Assembly (NCBI GenBank): GCA_944391815.1
Contig: CALXUV010000046.1
Span: 20,195 to 84,194, forward strand
Direction of reading: 5' to 3'
DNA: 64,000 nucleotides
Source: an uncultured Clostridia bacterium
GTDB taxonomy: Bacteria; Bacillota; Clostridia; Oscillospirales; CAG-272
Shown here: positions 1 through 10,176 of the stretch, piece by piece
How positions within the stretch are numbered: position 1 is the stretch's first letter
How the letters are laid out: the number at the start of each line of letters is the position of its first letter
Position numbers and translations under genes: made by a program
Notes under the pieces: generated by a model
The model's database searches: none
Told to the model about the DNA's origin: nothing
The model's input: only the letters and a program-made list of their open reading frames with translations

Positions 1-529
1 GGCAATAAGCATAAAGGTTCATGCCGCTGATCATTGACGGATCAAGGTAATCTGCGCTGTCCGGACTTATAAATCTGCCTGTTCTCGGATCGTAGTATCT
101 TGTTTTTAAATAGTAAAGCCCCGTCTCTACGTCGTAGTAATATGACCTGTATCTTATTGGGTTTTTGTTTCCTATAAACGACGAATCGGTGTTTTCGGTT
201 CCATCGGGATTCAGTACTTTGTGATTTCCCCATGCATCGTATACATATGTTGCTACAAGCTGTTTGTCGTCGTGTGACGGTACATATCTGATCAGCTCTA
301 CTACATCTCCCTGTAGGTTCTTCTGATAATAGTAATATATGTCGCCTATGTGGAATCCTATTATTCCGTCTACTCCGTATATGTACTGGATAGTGTAACC
401 CGTATACGGCTCCTGCCTGTCTTCCAGTCGCAACTTTCCGTCTACATATTCATACTTTATGCTGTTTTTGCCGGTTCGGTTTCCTTCGGAATCGTAGGTT
501 TTTATTAAATTTAAGCTTAATAATTTAGT
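1..529 (-). pseudogene. Orphan Rhs core fragment heading a toxin cassette that continues off the window edge
   Basis: 2-499 is a near-identical copy of 3331-3828 in the left Rhs gene. The frame (TYDSEGNRTGKNSIKY...RYYDPRTGRFISPDSADYLDPSMISGMNLYAYC) is open from 529 to the edge, with no ATG until the last few codons. Confidence 0.85.
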
Positions 530-598
530 TTATATACGTTCTCATTTCATTGTCATTATACATAACTTTTTTGCTTTTGTCAAGCTTCTTATTTATAG

Positions 599-638
599 AA
601 AATGCACCGCTCAAATTTCATCAGGCGGTGCATTTTTT
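599..638. terminator. Probable intrinsic terminator
   Basis: AAAATGCACCGC-N14-GCGGTGCATTTT perfect 12-bp inverted repeat downstream of the 879-1382 gene. Confidence 0.65.
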
Positions 639-878
639 AATAAATTTATCTGATTACATGCAAATGATATTTTTAATAGCAAAAATGAGCTTTAACATGT
701 ACGAAATTAACATTTTACAAAATTTGTCTAGAGAACGAATTAATACTTTAGATCATTATGAATTACATTTTGCAAAAAACAAATTTCATTTAAGTGAAAT
801 ATTCTATAAGGATTATCAAATGAAACAAAAACTGATTTTTATATCTGTTTATAAGTTTTATGCACTACAAACACATCT

Positions 879-1382
879 TTAAAAGCAATGGCCAAAAACA
901 TTTCTTGGAGAAATTTGAATATATTGTTTAATTTTATTAATATTTTTTTCTGTGAAAACAATTTGAATTCTCTTATACTTTCTTTTGTTTGAACATCCAT
1001 GTTTAAATCTATATAAGTAATTATCTGAAATTGATACATCATATATACAAATCCATGTTTCATCTAAGCATACAACCCAGCTAGAATACGTTGGTAACGT
1101 TTCGATATAAGCTTTTACTTTATTTAATTCCAATTTAACTATAATTCCAAACAATGATCTTACAATTATACTGTTATCTTCAAAATAGTAATATTGCATA
1201 TTATGTATTGCACCAATCATCATAATTACTCCAAAAAAAATCATCATTGTGCTCCAAATAATCTTTATTGATAATTTATCGTTTGTTTTTAAAAACAAAG
1301 GAGCAGACGCAAAAATGAACATCACTAACGATAAAATTATATAAAGCACATAGTCGTATTTCGAATAGCATCTATTTTTCAC
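879..1382 (-). CDS. Putative membrane-anchored immunity protein (2 TM helices plus soluble domain)
   Basis: GTG start 1 nt after the toxin-tip stop, very AT-rich, two N-terminal hydrophobic segments; position typical of an Rhs immunity gene. Confidence 0.7.
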   Translation of the reverse strand: MKNRCYSKYDYVLYIILSLVMFIFASAPLFLKTNDKLSIKIIWSTMMIFFGVIMMIGAIHNMQYYYFEDNSIIVRSLFGIIVKLELNKVKAYIETLPTYSSWVVCLDETWICIYDVSISDNYLYRFKHGCSNKRKYKRIQIVFTEKNINKIKQYIQISPRNVFGHCF

Positions 1383-1383
1383 C

Positions 1384-2301
1384 TTAATACCACCCTGATC
1401 CTAAACTTGAAACTACCGATGAATATACCGCATATCTCATCAAGTTTTTAGTTGCAGTAATTTTCATTTGATTAGTAGCTTCTGTCTTAAGCAGACCAAA
1501 TATTTGATCATATCCCCAACTTTTGAATGAATTTCTCGAAAAGTTATCTTCTCCTATCATACTCCATATTTTTAATGATTTCTTTTTAGCGCTCATGTTC
1601 GCGATTTTTTGGGCTTTCGAAGATAATATATTAATTTGCTTTGATACTTTTATATGCTTTACTATATCACTCATCCCTTTACCAACTACGTTGGCTATTC
1701 CTCCTATGCAAAAAGCTAATGCTACTGATTCCAAACTATTAACTGAACCACTTATTAATCCACCTGAAACAGACGCTAATCCTCCTAGTAGAAAAGCTCC
1801 TAAGTAACTAATGAAACCGCTACCCAGTGGAATAGATGATATTGCTCCAGAAATTCCGCCACCTAATGTAGACAATCCAATTTGTCCCCAATCCCATTCT
1901 CCTGCATTCCAGCCATTTGCATTAACCTGCTTTGCGACCTCAAAACCGCCACCTATAACTGCTCCAATGGCGAAACCTATTGCTATAGAAATTAAAAAAG
2001 AAGAAATTACAAAATTTCCGCTCGGGTCGCTATACATCACCGGATTATTAAGGCAATAAGCATAGAGATTCATCCCGCCAGTAATTGACGGATCAAGGTA
2101 ATATGTACTGTCCGGACTTATAAATCTGCCTGTTCTCGGGTCGTAGTATCTGCTTTGCAGGTAATAAAGCCCTGTTTCTACATCATAGTAATATGATCTG
2201 TATCTTATTGGGTTTTTGTTTCCTATAAACGACGAATCGGTGTTTTCGGTTCCATCGGGATTCAGTACTTTGTGATTTCCCCATGCATGATCTATATTTG
2301 T
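1384..2301 (-). CDS. Orphan Rhs toxin-tip cassette (core remnant plus Gly-rich hydrophobic tip); first ATG at 2073
   Basis: 2018-2288 repeats 3296-3566 of the left Rhs; frame open 2301-1384; motif YAYCLNNPVMYSDPSG followed by a novel C-terminus. Confidence 0.85.
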   Translation of the reverse strand, partial: TNIDHAWGNHKVLNPDGTENTDSSFIGNKNPIRYRSYYYDVETGLYYLQSRYYDPRTGRFISPDSTYYLDPSITGGMNLYAYCLNNPVMYSDPSGNFVISSFLISIAIGFAIGAVIGGGFEVAKQVNANGWNAGEWDWGQIGLSTLGGGISGAISSIPLGSGFISYLGAFLLGGLASVSGGLISGSVNSLESVALAFCIGGIANVVGKGMSDIVKHIKVSKQINILSSKAQKIANMSAKKKSLKIWSMIGEDNFSRNSFKSWGYDQIFGLLKTEATNQMKITATKNLMRYAVYSSVVSSLGSGWY

Positions 2302-2325
2302 CTATATTTTTCTATTTTCTAAAAA

Positions 2326-2715
2326 TTATTCCGCATATTTCAGTAAAATTTTTAGCGGCGACCCAAACTCTACTTCCGTTTTGACCAATGCATTGTTACT
2401 GTCCAAAATGATTATTGTACACATATAGTTATCTTTACATTCTCGAATTGCTAGATTTATCGGAAGTAATCCCCCATCAAACTCGTCCATATAATAAACG
2501 AGCTTATTGATATATTTTTCTGCTATATCTCCTAAATCCACCTTTGTATTTTTTAGTGCAATGCAATTAGGTTTAAGAATGCAACTGTCAACGCTTGAAA
2601 AACGTTGTAGAGCTTTATGTCGATACTTTGCCAAAGTTAATTCGTATATGATGCGTTCGTGTAATTCTTTCTTTACAAATTTCTTTACAAAATCCTTTTC
2701 TATTTGTAAATTCAC
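2326..2715 (-). CDS. Putative cognate immunity protein of the left Rhs toxin
   Basis: Starts 12 nt after the Rhs stop, with GAGGA RBS; 129 aa, soluble, low GC. Confidence 0.75.
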   Translation of the reverse strand: MNLQIEKDFVKKFVKKELHERIIYELTLAKYRHKALQRFSSVDSCILKPNCIALKNTKVDLGDIAEKYINKLVYYMDEFDGGLLPINLAIRECKDNYMCTIIILDSNNALVKTEVEFGSPLKILLKYAE

Positions 2716-2727
2716 AATTTATCCTCA

Positions 2728-5700
2728 CTATTCAAAATTTTTTTGATCATTCAACAAACCAAATATAAGAGTAAAGTAATAATGCCAATGAAAATATTTA
2801 CTATTTTTGGGGACACTGGGATGAAAATGCCACCCTTTGCCGTGATTTTCAGGTCCCCTAGGTTTCTTTTTTCCTCCCTTTCTGAACGCCTTTTCATATG
2901 CTTGCTTTTTAGAATTATTTTTGATTCTTGGCGCAACTGGCTTACGTTCATACAAATAAACAAGCCCAGCAACAGCAGCTGCTGTACCTGCAATTTGAGC
3001 TCCTGTAACGGTTGCGGAAGTTGCAACTAATGTATTTCCCACTACATGGGGTAATCCGATCGAAAAACTACTCGCCAGAAAACTCCCCATCATCGGAGCT
3101 GTTATTCCTACTGCCGCGCCTATTCCAGCTCCTACTACTCCTCCTATTACCGTATTTTTTATATATTCTCCTACACTCTTACTTCCGTTAAACACCTGAC
3201 CGTCATCTTTATAATCCGAATATATTGTTCCTCCGAATCCAATTGCTGCACCTGCTGCTAATCCTACTAAAACTAAAGTCAATATAAGCGAATTCCCGCT
3301 CGGGTCGCTATACATCACCGGATTATTTCCGCAATAAGCATAAAGGTTCATGCCGCTGATCATTGACGGATCAAGGTAATCTGCGCTGTCCGGACTTATA
3401 AATCTGCCTGTTCTCGGGTCGTAATATCTGCTGTGCAGGTAATAAAGCCCTGTTTCTACATCGTAGTAATATGACCTGTACCTTATCGGGTTTTTGTTTC
3501 CTATAAACGACGAATCGGTGTTTTCTGTTCCATCGTGATTAAGTACTTTGTGATTTCCCCATGCATCGTATACATATGTTGCTATAAGCTGTTTGTCGTC
3601 GTGTGACGGTACATATCTTATCAGCTCTACTACATCTCCCTGTAGGTTCTTCTGGTAATAGTAATATGTATCGCCTATGTGGAATCCTATTATTCCGTCT
3701 ACTCCGTATATGTACTGGATAGTGTAACCCGTATACGGCTCCTGCCTGTCTTCCAGTCGCAACTTTCCGTCTACATATTCATACTTTATGCTGTTCTTGC
3801 CGGTTCGGTTTCCTTCGGAATCGTAGGTGAACGTGTTTGAACCGTATCCGGTCAGCCGCCTTATATCCCAGCTGAGCGAATTTCCTCGGTAAAGTACAGG
3901 CTTACCTTTCGAGTCGTAAGTGATATTGTCAATCTGTGTACACATGCAAGTAACGGGATTACATTCAGATACACTGATGAGTCGGTTATCAAAGTTAAAC
4001 CCACTACCATTATATACCATTATGTATTTTTTGTCAAGCATATAATCGTAAAGCGGCGATCTCGAATACGGATATTCCTTTTTAACCGTCATATTTCCTT
4101 TATCATCATACTCATATGTGAAAGTTTTGTTCAGCAGGTAGTTATCTTCTCTTGATATTCGGTTTTTATCATCATACTCATAATATGCCGTGCCGGCGTC
4201 TTCTGCACGGAAATTAATAATATCCTGATTTTCAGGTTCACAGTACACATATCTTGAATGTAACTGTTCTTTTATATTTCCTAATGAATCGTACGTATAA
4301 TTTATGGTATTGTTTTCTGAAGGGTAAAGGAGATTACTGTATTTTATCTCTTCCAAACGATTTCCTGAATTGTAAGTAAACTGTTCCTTAAGTAATTCTT
4401 TTTCAAAAGAATAAGTAGTTATTTTTCTTTCGGTAACACGGTTAAAAGAATCTTTCACTATTTTATTTCTGACTATGGAGTTATAATCGACTTCCAATAG
4501 TTCGTCACCGGGGTAATAGATATAACCGTATGGATAGTCAGGAGGCGTCTGGGCTTTTCTGTATATGTAATCATAATTTTGAACATTATCACTACCCAGA
4601 TTCAGATAATCTCCCAAGATACGCCCTTTTTGCATATAATCGTAATCGTATGAACGATAATATTCTCCGTATTGTGCATCTATTGCGGCTTTGTAAATAT
4701 TGGTCAGATATCCGCTTGTTTCTTCATACAAGTACTTGTATTTTTCAGATTTCTGATAATCGAAAAATTCCTTTACACGGTAAAACGCATCGTATTTTGT
4801 AACACTCACAACGTTATTGTTTCTCTTTTTTTCAACCGGATTACCCATCGGATCCAAAAGCACCGAAACAGTATCGTTACCGTACTTTCGTGTAATACGC
4901 ATACTGCCGTCGTCGTATTCCTCATATTCACTTATCTCGTATTTTATATACTGAGAACCAACAGAGCTTTCTATTCCGGCTTTGTCGTATTCATATCTCG
5001 TTCTCTGGCCGTTGCTGTTGACTTCAGTCAGATAACCCTTAGTATAACCGAAATTGTGATAAATCTGACCGTTATAAAGTTTGCTCAGACTTCCGTCTGT
5101 TCCGTATTCGTAGCATGTCGTTTCTTTTCCGCCGACTGTAACCTTTTTTATCTTTTTACTGTTATCATAATATTCATAATCTGTTGAACTATGATTTTCA
5201 GTATGGTGCGTAGGCAAAAATTCTTTGTATCCGCTGCCTTTTTCTGCATAAGTTGTCTCAAAAACAACTTTTGTAGAATCATTTTCCCCTATAATTATTT
5301 GTTTCGTAGGCTTTTTGTTTTCATAATGTGTTGAAGTTTTGTAACCGTAATAATCTTGTACTTCTACTCTTTCGGGAATTGTGCCATCTTTTTTGTAGTG
5401 AATTGTTGTTTCAATGAACGCCTCATTATTTTTATTTATCAGTTTGTTTTCAGTTATAGTTTTTCCTTTTTCTTTTTCTTTTTGAGTAGTCGTTGTAGTC
5501 TTGTAATATCCGTCGTCCTGAACCGCTTCAACTATCATCCCTCTATCATCTACGCAGTAACGGCAGACATTCGGTATATTTCCGTTTACCGAAACTATTC
5601 TCGGATCGTTAATATAGCAAGTACCGGATACATCAGTTTCAAATTTGAAAGTTATACGATCAATATAATTGTAAATAATTTCACCTTTCTTTACACCGTC

Positions 5701-8553
5701 TACGATTTCTTCTCTTTCATTGGTAAAACTATTACAGACAGCTCTTACCGCAACTGCCGCAAACTGCCATCCTGTGAAAGATTTATCGATTTTACATTCA
5801 AATGTTTCTGATGTTCCGTTTGAGTAGTACGGTATGGCGTAAAGTCTGACATTTCCCGAATAATCGGAAGAGCTTGCGTTTACCTTTACCCATGCTGAAA
5901 CCACATAAGTATTTCTACCGGAATTTGCAAATACAGTTTGTTTTATGCCGGCTGTTCTTCCTCCGCTGACGGTTAAAACACCGGAATTTTTGGCAGGATT
6001 ATATTTGACTGAATTCTGAACAGAAAAATATCCTGCCTGCGGCACTACCCAACCGTCACTGGAAGAATTGACCACATTGTATTTTGAACTGTTCACTTCC
6101 GGAGTCACCGAAAAATCCGGAAACTTCACATCATTTTTAAGATTTGTTTCTATAACAGTATTACAAAGCATCGAGCTGGGTTTATAAAACGCTCCGAAGC
6201 TGCCCACAGTGCTGTTTTCATAAGTTTTTACTTTGCATGGCGTTTCGCTTCGGTCTCCGACATGAGGATACTTGTCGGAAACTGTATAGTTTTCAAAATC
6301 GTTATACTGTAGCACGTTTCGTCCTTTGTCATCAAAACGGTAAACCGTCTTTATTCCGCTTTTTCCGTAGACGGCGGTGGTATTTGAACTTCTGTATTCA
6401 AAATTCACCTCGTCCAGTACTTCACTTTCTAAGATTGAAGCCTGCGGTACACTTCCATTTGATATGTATTTGTACATATTTTTCTCTACTATCGATGTGA
6501 CGCGTCCGTTGTCGTCATAACTTATAATGTATCTGATTCCGGATTCCGTTTTTATTTCTGTTATACGGTTCAAGGTGTAAACAAAATCTGTCACGTCTCC
6601 GTTATGCCGCGATATTTTTGTGATATAACCGTAAGCATTGCAACTTAAATTTGTCCTGTTGCCGCTGCTGTCGGTAATTGCACTCGGACCATAGGTTCCG
6701 TAATCTATTACAAACATTCTTCCCTGGTTCGCTTCCTGACCGTGTCTGCAACCTTTTACCTCGGTCAGACGTCCGGATGAATTATAATAATAATAGAATT
6801 CTTCTCCGTCATCGTATTCTTTTATCGACTTGATTTTTTGATTTTCGAATGTGATTTCGTCGCCTTTTTCAGGGACGGATTCACGGCTGAAAATCAATTT
6901 TTCCGGGGTTTCTCCCGATGATGCGAAATAGGTCGCCTGAATTCCGGTTGACTCGACTACATACCCGCCTTTTCTCTTCATAAGATGTCTCTTACCTTCG
7001 CCGTCAGCATAAAATTTCACAATATTTTCATTATTACTCGGCGCATCCACAAGTCTCTGTTCAACAGAAAATTTCCAATCGTCAAACATTTCTGTTTCTT
7101 TGTCGTAAATCATCGAAACAGGGAATGGCAAAAAGCTTTCCTCAGTATCAAGGGTAGGAACCGTAACGCTTAAATTTCCGGTACTCAGATTTACTTTTGC
7201 AACTCTGTTTGCACCCATGTCAAGAGTGTAATATTCCTGATCAGTCTTAAAATCTTCGTACGGCTCGTTTACCCGATATGAAACATAAAGCGCAGGTGTG
7301 TTTGAAGATGCATACTCGGAATAAAATTCGAGTACCGACGAACATGGATCACACGGATTGTTCTGCGACGATCTTATAAGAACTCCGTTGTTAGGCTGAC
7401 CGTTTAGCCAAGAGTTAAACGCATTTGATATTTCGAGCTGACCGAAATGAACAAATGACTCGTAAATTCCGCCGACCGGCGGTCTGAAATTCCAAAGAAG
7501 ACATCTGTTTTCCCAATCTTCTTCAAGCGTGTTTGTCTCAAGATATCTGAGTCCGCTGTCTCCTATGTATTTTACTTTTATTGCAGCTCTTACGTTACTT
7601 GCGCCTGCCGGAAGTTCAATCTTGCTCATGTCAACTTTAAAATATGTTTCATATTTATCAACATCATAGTTGCAGCAACCGTAATCGGTGACATCCAGTC
7701 CTATCCGACGTGTAATCATGTATTCCGGCTGATAATCGCCGTTTGAGCATACCGACTGAGATCTGATACAGCCGGAAATGTTGTCGCTGACATATACAGA
7801 CGGATCAATTTTGACCGGGAATACTCTTTCTTCCGATTCAATCCACTTTTTATCGGGCAAAACTGTGAAAATGTATTCGCTTTCAGTTATTTTTTCAAGA
7901 CTGTAATTTACTTTCCTGCTTGTTTTTCCTGCGCCGTCTTCCATAAACATTTCAGGCATTGTAAATCGCGGAATATCATTTTCTTCTCCTACGGGAGTTA
8001 CAAAACTAAGTCTACCCTCTTCTTCCCTTAGAACACATCCGTCAAGATTTAATCTGAATCTGAATTTATAGGACTTTTTCTTAGCTCTTAATGTTATCAC
8101 CTCTTTAAGTCCCATGGTATTGAATGTGTATGAAATATCAGCATTCTGGGATATTCCGGAGTATGTCACCTGTCCCTGATTTATGTCGCTTATGCCGCCG
8201 TAAGTTTCTCTTATCCTGTTTATTTTACCTTTGTTAAAGCGCTTTTTGGATGAGAGATACGTTATACTGAGTGTTACCCCGTCTTTTTTGATTTCAGCAA
8301 GTTTCTTATCTTTTTCCGGAGACGATGCGAACTTTACCTTCAAATCTCCTTTTTTGTTTTGGTAACAATCTTCTGCTTCATAAAGACTGTTATCAACAGT
8401 ATGAAATTTCCCGTCTTTTTCATCAACAAAATGAATAGGCGTGTTGTATATTTCGGCAAGAAAGCTGCCGTCCTTCATTTTATAGTGTTTCTGATTTGCT
8501 TTTCTTTTGCTTTTATCTTCACTTATTATTTGATTATTCAGTATTTTTTCCAT
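2728..8553 (-). CDS. WapA-like Rhs/YD-repeat polymorphic toxin (DNRLRE-like N-terminal region, CBM-like middle domain, Rhs core, His-rich C-terminal toxin)
   Basis: 1941 aa; YD repeats; NPIRYRSYYYDVETGLYYL..RYYDPRTGRFISPD and PVMYSDPSG core motifs; WapA-like N-terminus (KDGSFLAEIYNTPIHF...VDNSL); GAAAGGA RBS. Confidence 0.93.
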   Translation of the reverse strand: MEKILNNQIISEDKSKRKANQKHYKMKDGSFLAEIYNTPIHFVDEKDGKFHTVDNSLYEAEDCYQNKKGDLKVKFASSPEKDKKLAEIKKDGVTLSITYLSSKKRFNKGKINRIRETYGGISDINQGQVTYSGISQNADISYTFNTMGLKEVITLRAKKKSYKFRFRLNLDGCVLREEEGRLSFVTPVGEENDIPRFTMPEMFMEDGAGKTSRKVNYSLEKITESEYIFTVLPDKKWIESEERVFPVKIDPSVYVSDNISGCIRSQSVCSNGDYQPEYMITRRIGLDVTDYGCCNYDVDKYETYFKVDMSKIELPAGASNVRAAIKVKYIGDSGLRYLETNTLEEDWENRCLLWNFRPPVGGIYESFVHFGQLEISNAFNSWLNGQPNNGVLIRSSQNNPCDPCSSVLEFYSEYASSNTPALYVSYRVNEPYEDFKTDQEYYTLDMGANRVAKVNLSTGNLSVTVPTLDTEESFLPFPVSMIYDKETEMFDDWKFSVEQRLVDAPSNNENIVKFYADGEGKRHLMKRKGGYVVESTGIQATYFASSGETPEKLIFSRESVPEKGDEITFENQKIKSIKEYDDGEEFYYYYNSSGRLTEVKGCRHGQEANQGRMFVIDYGTYGPSAITDSSGNRTNLSCNAYGYITKISRHNGDVTDFVYTLNRITEIKTESGIRYIISYDDNGRVTSIVEKNMYKYISNGSVPQASILESEVLDEVNFEYRSSNTTAVYGKSGIKTVYRFDDKGRNVLQYNDFENYTVSDKYPHVGDRSETPCKVKTYENSTVGSFGAFYKPSSMLCNTVIETNLKNDVKFPDFSVTPEVNSSKYNVVNSSSDGWVVPQAGYFSVQNSVKYNPAKNSGVLTVSGGRTAGIKQTVFANSGRNTYVVSAWVKVNASSSDYSGNVRLYAIPYYSNGTSETFECKIDKSFTGWQFAAVAVRAVCNSFTNEREEIVDGVKKGEIIYNYIDRITFKFETDVSGTCYINDPRIVSVNGNIPNVCRYCVDDRGMIVEAVQDDGYYKTTTTTQKEKEKGKTITENKLINKNNEAFIETTIHYKKDGTIPERVEVQDYYGYKTSTHYENKKPTKQIIIGENDSTKVVFETTYAEKGSGYKEFLPTHHTENHSSTDYEYYDNSKKIKKVTVGGKETTCYEYGTDGSLSKLYNGQIYHNFGYTKGYLTEVNSNGQRTRYEYDKAGIESSVGSQYIKYEISEYEEYDDGSMRITRKYGNDTVSVLLDPMGNPVEKKRNNNVVSVTKYDAFYRVKEFFDYQKSEKYKYLYEETSGYLTNIYKAAIDAQYGEYYRSYDYDYMQKGRILGDYLNLGSDNVQNYDYIYRKAQTPPDYPYGYIYYPGDELLEVDYNSIVRNKIVKDSFNRVTERKITTYSFEKELLKEQFTYNSGNRLEEIKYSNLLYPSENNTINYTYDSLGNIKEQLHSRYVYCEPENQDIINFRAEDAGTAYYEYDDKNRISREDNYLLNKTFTYEYDDKGNMTVKKEYPYSRSPLYDYMLDKKYIMVYNGSGFNFDNRLISVSECNPVTCMCTQIDNITYDSKGKPVLYRGNSLSWDIRRLTGYGSNTFTYDSEGNRTGKNSIKYEYVDGKLRLEDRQEPYTGYTIQYIYGVDGIIGFHIGDTYYYYQKNLQGDVVELIRYVPSHDDKQLIATYVYDAWGNHKVLNHDGTENTDSSFIGNKNPIRYRSYYYDVETGLYYLHSRYYDPRTGRFISPDSADYLDPSMISGMNLYAYCGNNPVMYSDPSGNSLILTLVLVGLAAGAAIGFGGTIYSDYKDDGQVFNGSKSVGEYIKNTVIGGVVGAGIGAAVGITAPMMGSFLASSFSIGLPHVVGNTLVATSATVTGAQIAGTAAAVAGLVYLYERKPVAPRIKNNSKKQAYEKAFRKGGKKKPRGPENHGKGWHFHPSVPKNSKYFHWHYYFTLIFGLLNDQKNFE

Positions 8554-8599
8554 TTTTAATTCCTTTCTTTTTTTATTTTTTAATGATGTTTTTTAATTG

Positions 8600-9649
8600 T
8601 CAATCCTTATACTGTATTTTTATTATCTGCGGGTGACAGTAACTGTCAGCAGTAGATATAGCAATATTTTTCTCTTTTTTTATACTTTTCAGCATATATC
8701 CGTAATTTTCTAAATCAGTAAAAGATTCGGTTATGTCAGTTTTAAAAAACTCACCGGCATCCATAAGCAGCTGAAATTTTTCGCTAGTCTTTGGCATATT
8801 GTCCCAGCAGGTATTAAAAGTACACCACGGCTGAAGAATTTTGTACACTCCGATTTCCGATGTATCTGATCCGAACTTTGGAATAAAAATCTCGGCTTTT
8901 TCCGGTTTGCCGATTCCTCCGAACGCACCGCTGAAAAAACCTGTTCTGAAAAGCAGTCTTTCTTCATTTCCGTTACTTTCACCCAAAGAAGAATAACTGC
9001 CGTAAACGTTGTTTACAGAAGGGAATGCACTTTCAACAGTTGTATCGAATATCAGTTTAGGTAAATAAAGGTTTATTTCAGCCGTCAGTTTTTTCACTTT
9101 TTCTTTGGCAAAAATTCTGACTTTGAAACGCCTTTCTTTTATTTCTGTTGCTTCCACGAATGCCTTTACAAATATGCCTTCGAACTTTTCTGCCGGAGCA
9201 GGAGTAACCGTTATAAACGGGACATGTTTTGCGTACATGAGTGTAAAACTCCTGGTATTCTCTCTTCTTATGTAAGGGTATTCGGTTTCAAGAGTAAAAA
9301 CGATATCACCGTTTTCAGAACTTAGATTGATACCGTTTAACCCGGGAAATACTTGATATTTTTCTTCTGTTTTTATTACTGCACGGTCAATGCTGTTTTC
9401 AAGAACAGCTCTTTTTCCGTAAAAGGATATTTCCGCGTCTGCTCCGCTGAAAACTTTTTTTCTGCCATCAACTCCCCATTTCAGGTCTACAAGTTTTCTC
9501 TCGTCAAGGGAATAAATAGGAACGGTAAAAATATATGCCGTATTTTTTCCTCTGTGTTTTCCCAAAATACGGTACGGATTTCTGAATTTGTCTTCTTGTA
9601 TTTTGATTTCTTCGTTTTCGGTTTTGCTAATCATTTCAATAAAGTTCAA
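8600..9649 (-). CDS. Stand-alone paralog of the Rhs N-terminal/DNRLRE-like region
   Basis: TTG start with AAAGGAGG RBS; DTTVES..P..N.YG and W...TCWDNMP motifs resemble DNRLRE domains; no YD repeats. Confidence 0.65.
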   Translation of the reverse strand: MNFIEMISKTENEEIKIQEDKFRNPYRILGKHRGKNTAYIFTVPIYSLDERKLVDLKWGVDGRKKVFSGADAEISFYGKRAVLENSIDRAVIKTEEKYQVFPGLNGINLSSENGDIVFTLETEYPYIRRENTRSFTLMYAKHVPFITVTPAPAEKFEGIFVKAFVEATEIKERRFKVRIFAKEKVKKLTAEINLYLPKLIFDTTVESAFPSVNNVYGSYSSLGESNGNEERLLFRTGFFSGAFGGIGKPEKAEIFIPKFGSDTSEIGVYKILQPWCTFNTCWDNMPKTSEKFQLLMDAGEFFKTDITESFTDLENYGYMLKSIKKEKNIAISTADSYCHPQIIKIQYKD

Positions 9650-10176
9650 TTAAACACCTCCTTTCATTTACTTAATTTGCGTATCAAGCGCTTAAAGATT
9701 TTATTTTATCTAAATCAGTTACTAATTGTATTTATCAGACAAAAAATAATTCGCGAAACGCATTTTATTAATAAAACAATTTATAACCATTCTGTGTTTG
9801 AAACAAGCAACTTATTTTATTATCGATAAATCAAATTTCCTATAAAACACATTAATCAACGAGATGACAATCATTAAAGGTAACCTTTTTGATTCATTCA
9901 AAAAGACACATCAGAGAATAAAAATGTTACCAATGAAGTTATATCAGCTCAGAAATATACTGCAACAAGTTGACAGATGTGAACTATTCGGGTTTACTTA
10001 GTTGCTCGGTTATTTGGTTAAATATAAATAGTAAAATTATTTCGATAAACTTCATCCTTTTCTACCAAGTGAGTATTCAATTTATACTCAAAATTACTTT
10101 TTTTGAGCTGATTTGTTTAATTCATACTCATAAATAATATTTGCTTTTTTCTGCCGTTACTTGTTTAACTATGCTC

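Noticed and set aside
42-233. 63-aa minus-strand ORF
   Set aside because: Out-of-frame overlap with the Rhs core remnant
550-882. 110-aa plus-strand ORF
   Set aside because: AT-rich, spans a terminator, no RBS; likely spurious
9650-10176. Decayed toxin tip after the short Rhs
   Set aside because: No DPxG remnant or Gly-rich linker seen in any frame; it reads as AT-rich intergenic DNA
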